Source: Zygnema circumcarinatum SAG 698-1b (lineage: Eukaryota; Plantae; Zygnematophyceae). From it: a DNA stretch of 64,000 nt. The translations under genes were made by a program, and so were the position numbers. The notes under the pieces are model-generated. The model was given only the letters and a program-made list of their open reading frames with translations. It made no database searches and was not told the origin of the DNA. Of this stretch, positions 1 through 10,227 are shown piece by piece. The first letter of the stretch is position 1. Every line of letters starts with the position of its first letter. The stretch covers positions 3,883,909-3,947,908 of the forward strand of contig CM074804.1 in NCBI GenBank assembly GCA_037447605.1, given 5' to 3'.

Positions 1-100
1 GTATGTGGAGAGGAGTGGGGGGTTGGTGGGGGAGGTATGTGGAGAGGGGGGAATGGGGGGAGCGGTATGCGGAGGTGCTGGGTAGGGGGCGTCTTTGGCA

Positions 101-1500
101 CTAGAGGCAGAGCGAGGAAAGGGAGCTGAAAGGTGGGTAGTGCGGCTGTGTGAGTGCAGCGCTTGACTCGGGAGATTGAGTATCTGCGAGCGGACCATTC
201 GCAGTATTGCCGTTTGCAATAAGCCCCCTGCCTTCCGGGTGCTTGCCAGCAAAAGCGGTCAATGTATTGGTCATTACGGACATTCTCGCGCCAGTTCTGC
301 CTGAAGCTGTCTCTACGTGGAGGCTTTGGAGGGAGTTTTCCTATTTGACTATAGGAGTAAAGCTGCAAGGTGGTACTTGGTTCCATTCTTTATCCCATCT
401 CATGCTTCACATCTAGCTGAGGCTGGAGGCACGGTAGGCTTAGACTCAGAGACGGTGGTAGCGATGACGACCGCCTTGAAGGATTCAATTGACTCTACTG
501 CAAGTGTCAAGTTGATGAAAAGGGGGGGAGAGCGAGGGAGAGGCCCACAGAAGGGAAAGAGGCGGAATGGCTTATGTAGCATTAATGTACGAATACCACG
601 GCGGTAGCAGGAAGTAGCCTGATTCATTAGAGAGAGATCTGTGTGTATAGACATGTATAGCAGAACCTCACTATTGACAAAATTGGAAATTCCCTTTGTG
701 GATACGTTGTCTGTTGGTGACTCTGCTGCAACTGCTTTTGTAATGTTTTCCTTTTTTTTTTTTTTTTTGAAGTCGGACTCATTCGCGGGAAAGCATGTGG
801 TGATGCATGAGTGAAGGCGATTGTAAGACGCCTTAAACGTTGGAGTGGAAGCAAACTCAGGAGTCAAGCGGAAAAAAATGGCATTCCAACACATTCGAAA
901 TCTTGTCACGCTCGACCTCACTTTCATTTGCTGGCGAGCTCACCATCGCCCTCCGCCACATCGCGCATATGCAGTATGAAAAGATTTAAGGGCGGCGATT
1001 CCTCTTTGAAGAGACCAGAGCGATGTGCCTGCACCGGGTTACGTACACCACCTTTTGCGGTAGCAGTGATCCCCGCCACTGCACCGGTAGTCGTTCCAGA
1101 GCTGCCCCCGCAGGCACCTGCCGGCCCGAAGCATCGCGCAGGGTCAAGCAAGCACCGCCATGGCCGGTAGCAGCGATGGCCCACCACTCCTCGCGGGGGC
1201 GGCACCAGGACGAGCCCTCTACCGCCGTCCGTCGGACAGCGCAGCTGCCCGCACGAATGGCAAATAGCGGATCCTGATTGGCGGCAATTCCCTGCTCGCA
1301 CGGGCCGCAGCAGCGCAGGCAGAAACCGCTTCTTGAGTTTGCCTCTCTGAAGAAAGACCTTCCTCGCTCAGACCTCGCTGCCTCCTCTGAGTCCCCCCCT
1401 CCTGCCGCTATGCGCCCATGCCTCCCTCCCGGCAGCAGCCTGAGTACGGCTCTGCCTCTCTCCTGCTGCCGGACAGAGCCCATGCCATGGCCATGGCGCT
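101..1500 (-). CDS. Probable multi-exon gene of unknown function; 3' end may extend beyond the window start; exon structure unresolved
   Basis: GC-rich open stretch at ~990-1490 with candidate ATGs near 1480-1495. Plausible splice sites on the minus strand (GATG|gtgagc near 935, cag|AGTCACC near 725, ttgcag|TAGAGTC near 498). No recognisable domain. Confidence 0.3.
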
Positions 1501-1592
1501 CGCTCACCCACGAACCCTCCTCGAAGCTTCGCCCGACTCTCCTCCGTACGGACCCAACCCTCAGATTTTTTTCGTACACGTTCGTACAACTA

Positions 1593-2169
1593 CAGTGGGG
1601 GGTCCTCGTATTTACCACCCCAAGGAGTGCGTCCTCAATATTTTCGCCCCGATTTTGCCGAAACCACCTTTTTGTACGGTAACTTGTGTTAGCCGTACTA
1701 TTCATACTGTTCGTACTAGCCGTACTATATGTACTAGCCGTTACGGGCTTCCGCAAAACTCACCTAATCTCCCCGCTCGTGCCGCCGTAAGAGGCGCTCG
1801 CCCTTCTCCCCTTCTTCCTGGCTTCGATACGATACGACACGGAACGATCGGTACGATACTTTACGATACTAGGCGATACGATACGAAACGCCCCGATATG
1901 GTATTGTCCGTACGAGCTGTACGAGCTGAGGCGAACAACAGAAAGCGGAAAACTACGTCTATGCGTCACGATATGTCACGATACGATACGATGCTAAATG
2001 ATACAGTACGATACGGTACGATATGGTACGGTACGATACGTACGGTCCAACATGAACTCTAACATAATACCGCCCGTCTATTCGTAACACGAACCTTATA
2101 TATGCAAATTTAATATTTTCGCCTCATTTTGCCCGGAACCAGGGTGGAAAATATGAGGACCCCCTACTG
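1593..2169. mobile_element. Non-autonomous Tc1/mariner-type MITE (~577 bp) with TA target-site duplication
   Basis: Left end TA|CAGTGGGGGGTCCTCGTATTTACCACCC (TA at 1591-1592). Right end GGGTGGAAAATATGAGGACCCCCTACTG|TA (TA at 2170-2171). The terminal inverted repeats are ~27 bp with 3 mismatches. Subterminal direct repeat AATATTTTCGCC..ATTTTGCC at ~1637 and ~2112. No transposase ORF. Confidence 0.8.
1825..2045. repeat. Degenerate pentanucleotide repeat (GATAC/TACGA)n inside the MITE
   Basis: Repeated acgatacgatacg / cggtacgatac units. Confidence 0.85.
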
Positions 2170-2951
2170 TACCGAACAGATTCACCCGTTGGATATGTAC
2201 GGCCTCACTGGTCAACGTGCGTAATATCGCCCTGGGGCCAGGCATCGGGAAAATAGGGAATTCTCTAAAAATCCTGAACCAAAATTTACGTGCATCCAGG
2301 AAATATTCGCATGCACTGGACAATGGGAAGCGCCTCATGTGATCAGCAAGCAGCACATAGTAGACGGGTATGAGAGCGAAGTTAGTGCCAGTTGATTTTC
2401 ACAGAATGATGTCAAAGTGGTCACACACTTCTCTACTGAGAAGCAAAATCATGACAACATTGCAACACAACGGTGTTTCACTTCAAGAGCATAGAAAATT
2501 TCTATTTCAAGGGACAAAAAGGGAAAGTGATGTGCCCAAAAGGTGAGCCAATCACCCGACTACCTAAAGCGGAAAGTGGGTCATCCAAAAAAAAGTACTT
2601 CACAAGGCTTCCATGATCCATCCCCCACTCTCCTACTGAAAGAGAGAGAATATTCCATAACAAAAGTCAATCGAAGAGAAGACGCAAAAAAAGTTGGACG
2701 TCAACTACCACCCCCTCGACTGACCACCTTTGACCGACCCTGACTGTGTTTGACTTTTGCTATCACTGGGCGACAAAGCATTGGCAAAGCCAAAAAATAG
2801 ATTGGACCTGCTCCTAAAAATCATCTGCAATAAATATTTACAGTCGCGCCCAGAAAAAAAGCAAGTACCACTATTTTCAGCCTTGCAAACTCTTGCATCC
2901 GCGTGCACCCAGAGGCTACATCCACCTGATTTTTGTCACAAACATTCTAAC

Positions 2952-5900
2952 TTATTCGCCAGTTGCCCACTTATTGAGATCCTGGATTTCTCGACCCGCT
3001 TCCTTGCAACGTGCCGAACGATCCCTCGTCCTCTCGGCTACTTCACGAGCCCCCTTTGGCCTTTTTTGTGCATAAAGAGAGTCAAACCCCTTGCGTTTCC
3101 TTCGAGATACCAACCCTTGGCATGCGGAGTACTCTCCATGTCTTTTTGAAGGTACCCCAATCCTTCCCTGATCATCAGTAGTGGGCGGTCGGCGGGCTTT
3201 GGAGTCTTCGACGTTGAGAGCTTTGGAACGTCGACACGTATGCTCGCTCTTGGATATCCATGGGAAAGAAATCTTTCCCATAGTCACCTGCATAAAAACC
3301 AAAGAGAAACTCAGTTCAAGCACCAACGCAAGTACCAGCAAAGAACGAGAACAGTCTGAGATCTTCTCTTATGACAAGAAAGATTGACACATCGCAAAAA
3401 AACGAGCAGCCATATCCAAGTCAACTGCAAACTCGATTTCAGTTGACATCACATCTCAATCCCTCAAAAGCAGCTGACTTCAATTGCATCTCGCATACAA
3501 AAATCAAAAAATGACCGGTGTTGTTTTTTGAAGACCTACCGCCAATCGTAGGATCAAAACTGTTTTTCTCACAAGTACTCCTTTGCTTGGCCAGTCTCCT
3601 GCACATAGCGCAAACGTACAAGAATAAAAAGAGAGAAATTACTACATCCGACACGATGAGCCACAAAAACATAAAAATGTTTCCTTTGAATTGCCTGATT
3701 TCCCAAACATGGTTCAGCTACAATCCAAAAATATAAAAGGCAGTTCAGCTAGGACATACCAAAGTTGTACATGAAGCAACTGCGAGGCGATAGCCGCCAG
3801 TAGAACGGCAAATGTAGAGTCTTCGAGATCGTGAGAACTCTGCAATTCCCATATGAATATATCAGAAATGAGGACACCATTAGACACATTGAAATTGTAC
3901 ATTCAATCAAACAAACCATCTATAGTCAAAATTTTCACCTCAAATTGAAAAATAAAAAGCATAACTTCCTCTGATGAAGCAGTCGTATTCAACAAAATTG
4001 AAAGGGAAAGAATTACCTGACTAAGGAGAGCTATAGACATGATGCGCATTGCCCATTTCACGAATTCAGCAATTGAAGGAGTTATTGTGCCTTCGGGTGT
4101 CAATATGATACTCCGAGTAGTCCAATATCCGAGCCCAGCTCCAATCAGAAGAAACATGACGATTGATAATATAAGAATCTGCACAGAAATTAAAACCAAT
4201 AAAAAAATTGTTAATAATGTCAATTTTCTTTGTCGCAATCCTATGTTGGAAGGCAGAAGAATAGGCAGAAGCAACTTACCGAAGGGGCTGCCTCTCCATG
4301 TCCACTTAAACTTTGCATTGCATCGAATGCTTGAAACAAGAAATAGAGTTGTCCAATATAACCGATTCCCGTCTGCAATAAAATAATAAAAGGGAACGGA
4401 AAACCCACATTTTAGCACATTTTTTCTGAAAGCTACGATGATGAAACAAATAGCCAAACTGAGGATTCACCAATCAGTTCTAGATTGAAATGCACAATAC
4501 ATCGCAATCTGAAACCAATGTAATCAACCGATCAGTTAACCTTGAAATCAGTTTTCCACCATCTGAATGATGCATTGACTGCTTAGAAACTTTCTAGAAA
4601 ACGTAGCAAGACATTTCAAAGTGACGACAGGATGATGATGACGCGTGACGCGAGGTTAACAACTTACAAAGGACCCGAAAAATAAAATATACCACAGGCC
4701 TTGCCCAACAGTCGGCGCTTGTCGAAAGGCCTGCAAACATACCCTCTTACAACCAAAATTAATCCTGAGTACCAAAATGTGCCGGTTAGCAATTGAAATT
4801 GGGTGGTTGGATGGATCAAGAGCTCAAAACACTCACAGATCTAGAAACATGACAACATGCCTCAAATGGTTGAAGCAAATACCTTATACGGTAGAATGAA
4901 TGCAATAACAGCAACTCCAAAAAGCATTCCGCTGCTATAATAAAATAGCAGCCATTGGCTTAGAATCGGAGCCATCAAGAACAAGAAGATGCCCAAAATG
5001 AAGAGATATACGCGATAAATACAGAATTCTGCAAACACCGCAATTCCCCACACAGCAAAATAAGGATCAGCCAGAAACCCAAGCAAAGAAATGTCTATCG
5101 ATCTACTCCAAAAAAAAGAACACTGTTTCTCTTCCTCAAAGCCTGCCCTGCAAGGCTGTACTCGTGAAAGTTGTCAACACGTACCTTCTGTGAGTTGCAC
5201 CTGTAACTTGGCATTCGAAAGTCCTCCGTTTAAAGGAGTCTTAATGTCCACATACGTAACTTCAGAATGGTACACAAGGAAAGTCAGGGTTGCCGTCTTT
5301 TTTAAAGGAATCCAAGCATTAAGGCACGAGCCCATTTCAATGCTCTCATTCCTGCAACAAAAAGGCGAGAAAAGATAAGAAAAAACAGCAAGAAAACTGT
5401 TAAACTAATGAAACTGAGAGGCAAAGTTCCTAATCCTGTCGAGAAACAAAACGACTGAAGACTATTTTGAAAGCAAAGGAAACGCGCAAGAATCCACGAT
5501 GCCCTTTGCAATAGTAATAGCATGCCAAGCCACGAAAGAGAAGCCAAAAAAAGCACAGCATGCAGTGAGCTCACCTGTGCAGACAGACCTCTGCACTCGA
5601 GGAAGTCGTCGACCAGCGACTCCAATATGAAGGCTTCGTCTCATCGTTGAACGATGCCATCAACTTGCTGACGAAAAAATACTTCATTGCACGCGTATGG
5701 AGTGAGCAAGCAGGGACTCTGAATCGAATGACAGTCTGCAATGGATTCTGATTCGCTCCGTACACGTATCTTGATTCCAGAATTTCAATTGGAGCACTGA
5801 CAGTAAGGCCACCTAGATGCCACGAAAGAAAATAAAGATTCAAACTTTCTTGGACGATATTCTTGCAACGGAGCAAGACCTTGACAAAAGCTTGAAAACA

Positions 5901-6173
5901 GCCTAAAAACAGCTTGACAAAGCAGTTTCTTACAGCAAAAGACACCACAAGGAATCAGAAAACTGCAAAATTGCTAAGCAGCATCTTGCAATCATTGCTG
6001 CTGCTGCCATCAAGCAAGGGGAAGCACGGCAAACAAGCACAACTGAGCTCACCTGTTTCCACGTTGGTTGGCATGCCTCCAGCAGCAGCACCATCCTCTA
6101 CAGCAGCGTTGTTTCCACGCGCCAAAGGCACACAGAAGAGGAAGAGAGAGATAAATATCGATGCGCACGCCAT
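2952..6173 (-). CDS. PNET2: NEMP/TMEM194-family nuclear envelope membrane protein (plant PNET2-like), multi-exon
   Basis: Exon 1 (6053-6173) MACASIFISLFLFCVPLARG is a signal-like N-terminus. Later exons encode AEVCLHR-NESIEMGSC, FYYSSGMLFGVAVIAFILPY and FLLIGAGLGYWTTR...FVKWAMRIMSIALLSQ, matching plant NEMP-domain proteins. GT-AG junctions checked at several exons. Stop at 2952. Confidence 0.8.
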
Positions 6174-6514
6174 GGCTCGGATCAAATGATCCGCCCGCAA
6201 CAGCGCTCGCCTGAGGGGAAAGAGAAGAAGAAAGTGTGTGCAAGCAGGGCCGAGCGCCTTTTGGACTCCCGAGAGGAGCCGGCCTGCCGTGTCAGGGAAG
6301 GCAACGAGCCAACAGACTTTTTGGTCCCACACGTTCCTGTCCGTCCATTCCGTCCGTTGGTCCCGCGCCGAGCCGATAAGGTTGGGACTGCGGCCGCCGT
6401 TCGATGACCAGTGAAGCCTCCGTGGCCGTTCGATGTAAACGGAACCGCCGTTTGATGTCTTAAATCAATTTATCGCAGTAGATAGCCTGTTCGAACGTGA
6501 TGGTTATCATCGAA

Positions 6515-6677
6515 CGTGTACGTATCGTATCGTAACGAGTTATATCGTATAGTAGCGTAGCGTATCGTAATGTATCGTAGAGTATCATAGAGCCTAATAT
6601 CGTATTGTTATGTATTGTATCGCACACACTCGTATTGTACGATAGCGTATCGTATTGTACTGTATCGTATCGTATCC
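6515..6677. repeat. Degenerate (CGTAT)n pentamer tract in the PNET2/G-patch divergent promoter (also ~8405-8540 and ~9347-9482)
   Basis: Repeated cgtatcgtat units, the reverse complement of the tract at 1825-2045. Confidence 0.8.
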
Positions 6678-7008
6678 ATTGAAAACCTGCGCCTGTCCTA
6701 GCGAGACATTTCGTGCCGTATGGATGGATCTGGACCGTTCGTGGAGACACGCACTTGCGACGGACGCATCTCCGTGTTTTCGGTTTCACGCGTGTGGAAT
6801 TTCTGGAAGAGCATTTTTCAAAGTGCCGTACTTTCTAGGGCAAGAAAGCTCGTCGCGGTGCCGAAGCAAAGGTTGGCAGGCCGGGAAGAAAACAAACTCA
6901 AAATCAGTACATGTAGATCTGGCTTATTATTGGTAAGGAGTACTGTTTTTGAAATATGTTTTGAATCGCAGGGCCAAAGGTTGGCACTGAGCTCGCCCGG
7001 AGGCAGCC

Positions 7009-7488
7009 ATGGCTGCAGCTGCTGCTGCTGCTGCTGCTGCTGCCAAGGATGGCGGCGGAGGGGGACACGTGGCGGCAGGAGACCCGTCCTCCTCGTTATC
7101 CGCTGCCACGTCTGGGGGAGGGACGCAAGTGCGCGGGATAGGCAGGAGACCCGTCCTCCTCGTTATCCGCTGCCACGTCTGGGGGAGGGACGCAAGTGCG
7201 CGGGATAGGCTATCATGTGAATGCGGCCTTTTGTTGCTTTTTGTACTTGTTTGTTTTTTCCTTTACAACATTTTTTGACGATTTTTTCACTTTCCAGGTT
7301 TTTATTTTCTTGATATTATTTTATGAAGCTGTAGCTCAATTTTTTGGTTAAGCTGCTCTTTTGAATGGAGCGAGCGGTGAGGGGCTTCAGGATTGGGAAC
7401 TCAGTGTTTGCTGACGGTGGATGGAGGGATGCAGCTCCTGAAGAAGGCGGGATGGCAGGAAGGGCGAGGCCTTGGCGCTGCAGAGCAA
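7009..7488 (+). pseudogene. G-patch protein 5' exons, copy A, frameshifted by a 67-bp tandem duplication
   Basis: Exon 1 (7009-7216) is 208 nt, not a multiple of 3, because the unit starting GGCAGGAGACCC occurs at 7074 and again at 7141. The donor reads GTGAAT versus GTGAGT in copies B/C. Exon 2 LLKKAGWQEGRGLGAAEQ is intact. Confidence 0.6.
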
Positions 7489-7504
7489 GTAATGNNNNNN
7501 NNNN

Positions 7505-8032
7505 GTTGAACGATGCCATCAACTTGCTGACGAAAAAATACTTCATTGCACGCGTATGGAGTGAGCAAGCAGGGACTCTGAATCGAATGACAGTCTGCAA
7601 TGGATTCTGATTCGCTCCGTACACGTATCTTGATTCCAGAATTTCAATTGGAGCACTGACAGTAAGGCCACCTAGATGCCACGAAAGAAAATAAAGATTC
7701 AAACTTTCTTGGACGATATTCTTGCAACGGAGCAAGACCTTGACAAAAGCTTGAAAACAGCCTAAAAACAGCTTGACAAAGCAGTTTCTTACAGCAAAAG
7801 ACACCACAAGGAATCAGAAAACTGCAAAATTGCTAAGCAGCATCTTGCAATCATTGCTGCTGCTGCCATCAAGCAAGGGGAAGCACGGCAAACAAGCACA
7901 ACTGAGCTCACCTGTTTCCACGTTGGTTGGCATGCCTCCAGCAGCAGCACCATCCTCTACAGCAGCGTTGTTTCCACGCGCCAAAGGCACACAGAAGAGG
8001 AAGAGAGAGATAAATATCGATGCGCACGCCAT
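7505..8032 (-). pseudogene. Duplicated 5' fragment of PNET2 (exon 1 and part of exon 2), truncated at the gap; probably assembly redundancy
   Basis: Matches 5646-6173 and begins immediately after the N gap. Confidence 0.7.
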
Positions 8033-8868
8033 GGCTCGGATCAAATGATCCGCCCGCAACAGCGCTCGCCTGAGGGGAAAGAGAAGAAGAAAGTGTGTGC
8101 AAGCAGGGCCGAGCGCCTTTTGGACTCCCGAGAGGAGCCGGCCTGCCGTGTCAGGGAAGGCAACGAGCCAACAGACTTTTTGGTCCCACACGTTCCTGTC
8201 CGTCCATTCCGTCCGTTGGTCCCGCGCCGACCCGATAAGGTTGGGACTGCGGCCGCCGTTCGATGAACGGCGAGGCTTGCGTGGCCGTTCGATGTTAACG
8301 GCACTGCCGTTCGATGTGCTAAATCAATTTATCGCAGTCGATAGCCTGTTCGAACGCGATGGTTACATGGAACGGTTCCGCTGCTTCGACATATAGCGAA
8401 CGTTTACGTATCGTATCGTAACGTGCTCCATAGTTGCATATCGTATCGTTCTGTATTCTATATATTAATATCGTATTGTATCGCATATCATCGTATTTTA
8501 CAATGGCGTATCGTATCTTACTATAGCGTATCGTATCATATTGAACCTGCGCCTGTCCTAGCGAGTCAGTTCGTGCAGTATGGATAGATCTGGACCGTTC
8601 GTGGAATCCCGCACTTGCGACGGACGCATCTCCACGTTTTCGGTTTCACACGTGTGGAATTTCTGGACGAGCATTTTTCGAAGTGCCGTACTTTCTAGGG
8701 CATCAAAGCTCGTCGCGGTGCCGAAGCAAAGGTTGGCAAGCCCGGAAGAAAACAAACGCAAAATCAGTACATGCAGATGTGGCTCATCTCCGGTAAGGAG
8801 TACTGTTTGCGAAATAGTTTTGGAATCGGAGGGCCAAAGGTGGGCACTGAGCTCGCCCGGAGGCAGCC

Positions 8869-8997
8869 ATGGCTGCAGCTGCTGCTGCTGCCAAGGATGG
8901 CGGCGGAGGGGGACACGTGGCGGAAGGAGACCCGTCCTCCTCGTTCTCCGCTGTCACGGCTGGGGGAGGGAAGCAAGTTCGCGGGATAGGCTATCAT
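8869..8997 (+). CDS. G-patch protein exon 1, copy B (truncated at gap 9127)
   Basis: Identical to exon 1 of copy C, followed by a GTGAGT donor. Confidence 0.6.
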
Positions 8998-9810
8998 GTG
9001 AGTGTGGCCTTTTGTTTCTTTTTGTACTTGTTTGTTTATTCCTTTACAACATTTTTTGACGATTTTTTCACTTTCCAGGTTTTATTTTCTTGATATTATT
9101 TTATGAAGCTGTAGCTCAATTTTTTGNNNNNNNNNNCCTGTCCGTCCATTCCGGCCGTTGGTCCCGCGCCGACCCGATAAGGTTGGGACTGCGGCCGCCG
9201 TTCGATGAACGGCGAGGCTTGCGTGGCCGTTCGATGTTAACGGCACTGCCGTTCGATGTGCTAAATCAATTTATCGCAGTCGATAGCCTGTTCGAACGCG
9301 ATGGTTACATGGAACGGTTCCGCTGCTTCGACATATAGCGAACGTTTACGTATCGTATCGTAACGTGCTCCATAGTTGCATATCGTATCGTTCTGTATTC
9401 TATATATTAATATCGTATTGTATCGCATATCATCGTATTTTACAATGGCGTATCGTATCTTACTATAGCGTATCGTATCATATTGAACCTGCGCCTGTCC
9501 TAGCGAGTCAGTTCGTGCAGTATGGATAGATCTGGACCGTTCGTGGAATCCCGCACTTGCGACGGACGCATCTCCACGTTTTCGGTTTCACACGTGTGGA
9601 ATTTCTGGACGAGCATTTTTCGAAGTGCCGTACTTTCTAGGGCATCAAAGCTCGTCGCGGTGCCGAAGCAAAGGTTGGCAAGCCCGGAAGAAAACAAACG
9701 CAAAATCAGTACATGCAGATGTGGCTCATCTCCGGTAAGGAGTACTGTTTGCGAAATAGTTTTGGAATCGGAGGGCCAAAGGTGGGCACTGAGCTCGCCC
9801 GGAGGCAGCC

Positions 9811-10208
9811 ATGGCTGCAGCTGCTGCTGCTGCCAAGGATGGCGGCGGAGGGGGACACGTGGCGGAAGGAGACCCGTCCTCCTCGTTCTCCGCTGTCACG
9901 GCTGGGGGAGGGAAGCAAGTTCGCGGGATAGGCTATCATGTGAGTGTGGCCTTTTGTTTCTTTTTGTACTTGTTTGTTTATTCCTTTACAACATTTTTTG
10001 ACGATTTTTTCACTTTCCAGGTTTATTTTCTTGATATTATTTTATGAAGCTGTAGCTCAATTTTTTGTTAAGCTGCTCGTTTGAATGGAGCGAGCCGTGA
10101 GGGGCTTCAGGATTGGGAACTCAGTTTTTGATGACGGTGGATGGAGGGATGCAGCTCCTGAAGAAGGCGGGATGGCAGGAAGGGCGAGGCCTTGGCGCTG
10201 CAGAGCAA
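9811..10208 (+). CDS. G-patch domain protein, exons 1-2 (3' part missing, presumably in the gap at 10218)
   Basis: Exon 9811-9939 plus exon 10155-10208 splice in frame to ...VRGIGYH|LLKKAGWQEGRGLGAAEQ, the G-patch consensus (IG..LL.K.GW..G.GLG). Donors GTGAGT and GTAATG. Confidence 0.85.
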
Positions 10209-10227
10209 GTAATGGCCNNNNNNNNNN

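Larger units (their letters stand above)
5646..10217. repeat. Three overlapping copies of the PNET2-5'/promoter/G-patch-5' segment, separated by 10-N gaps
   Basis: Copy A 5646-7494; gap 7495-7504; copy B 7505-9126 (offset 1859 from A); gap 9127-9136; copy C 9137-10217 (offset 942 from B). B and C are near-identical. A and B match over the PNET2 exons but diverge after ~6370. Confidence 0.9.

Noticed and set aside
986-1756. 256-aa ORF as a possible transposase
   Set aside because: No DDE, HTH or HUH motifs; it crosses the MITE boundary and is probably a chance ORF in GC-rich DNA.
1825-2045. CRISPR-like array
   Set aside because: Eukaryotic context, 5-bp degenerate units, no unique spacers, no cas genes.
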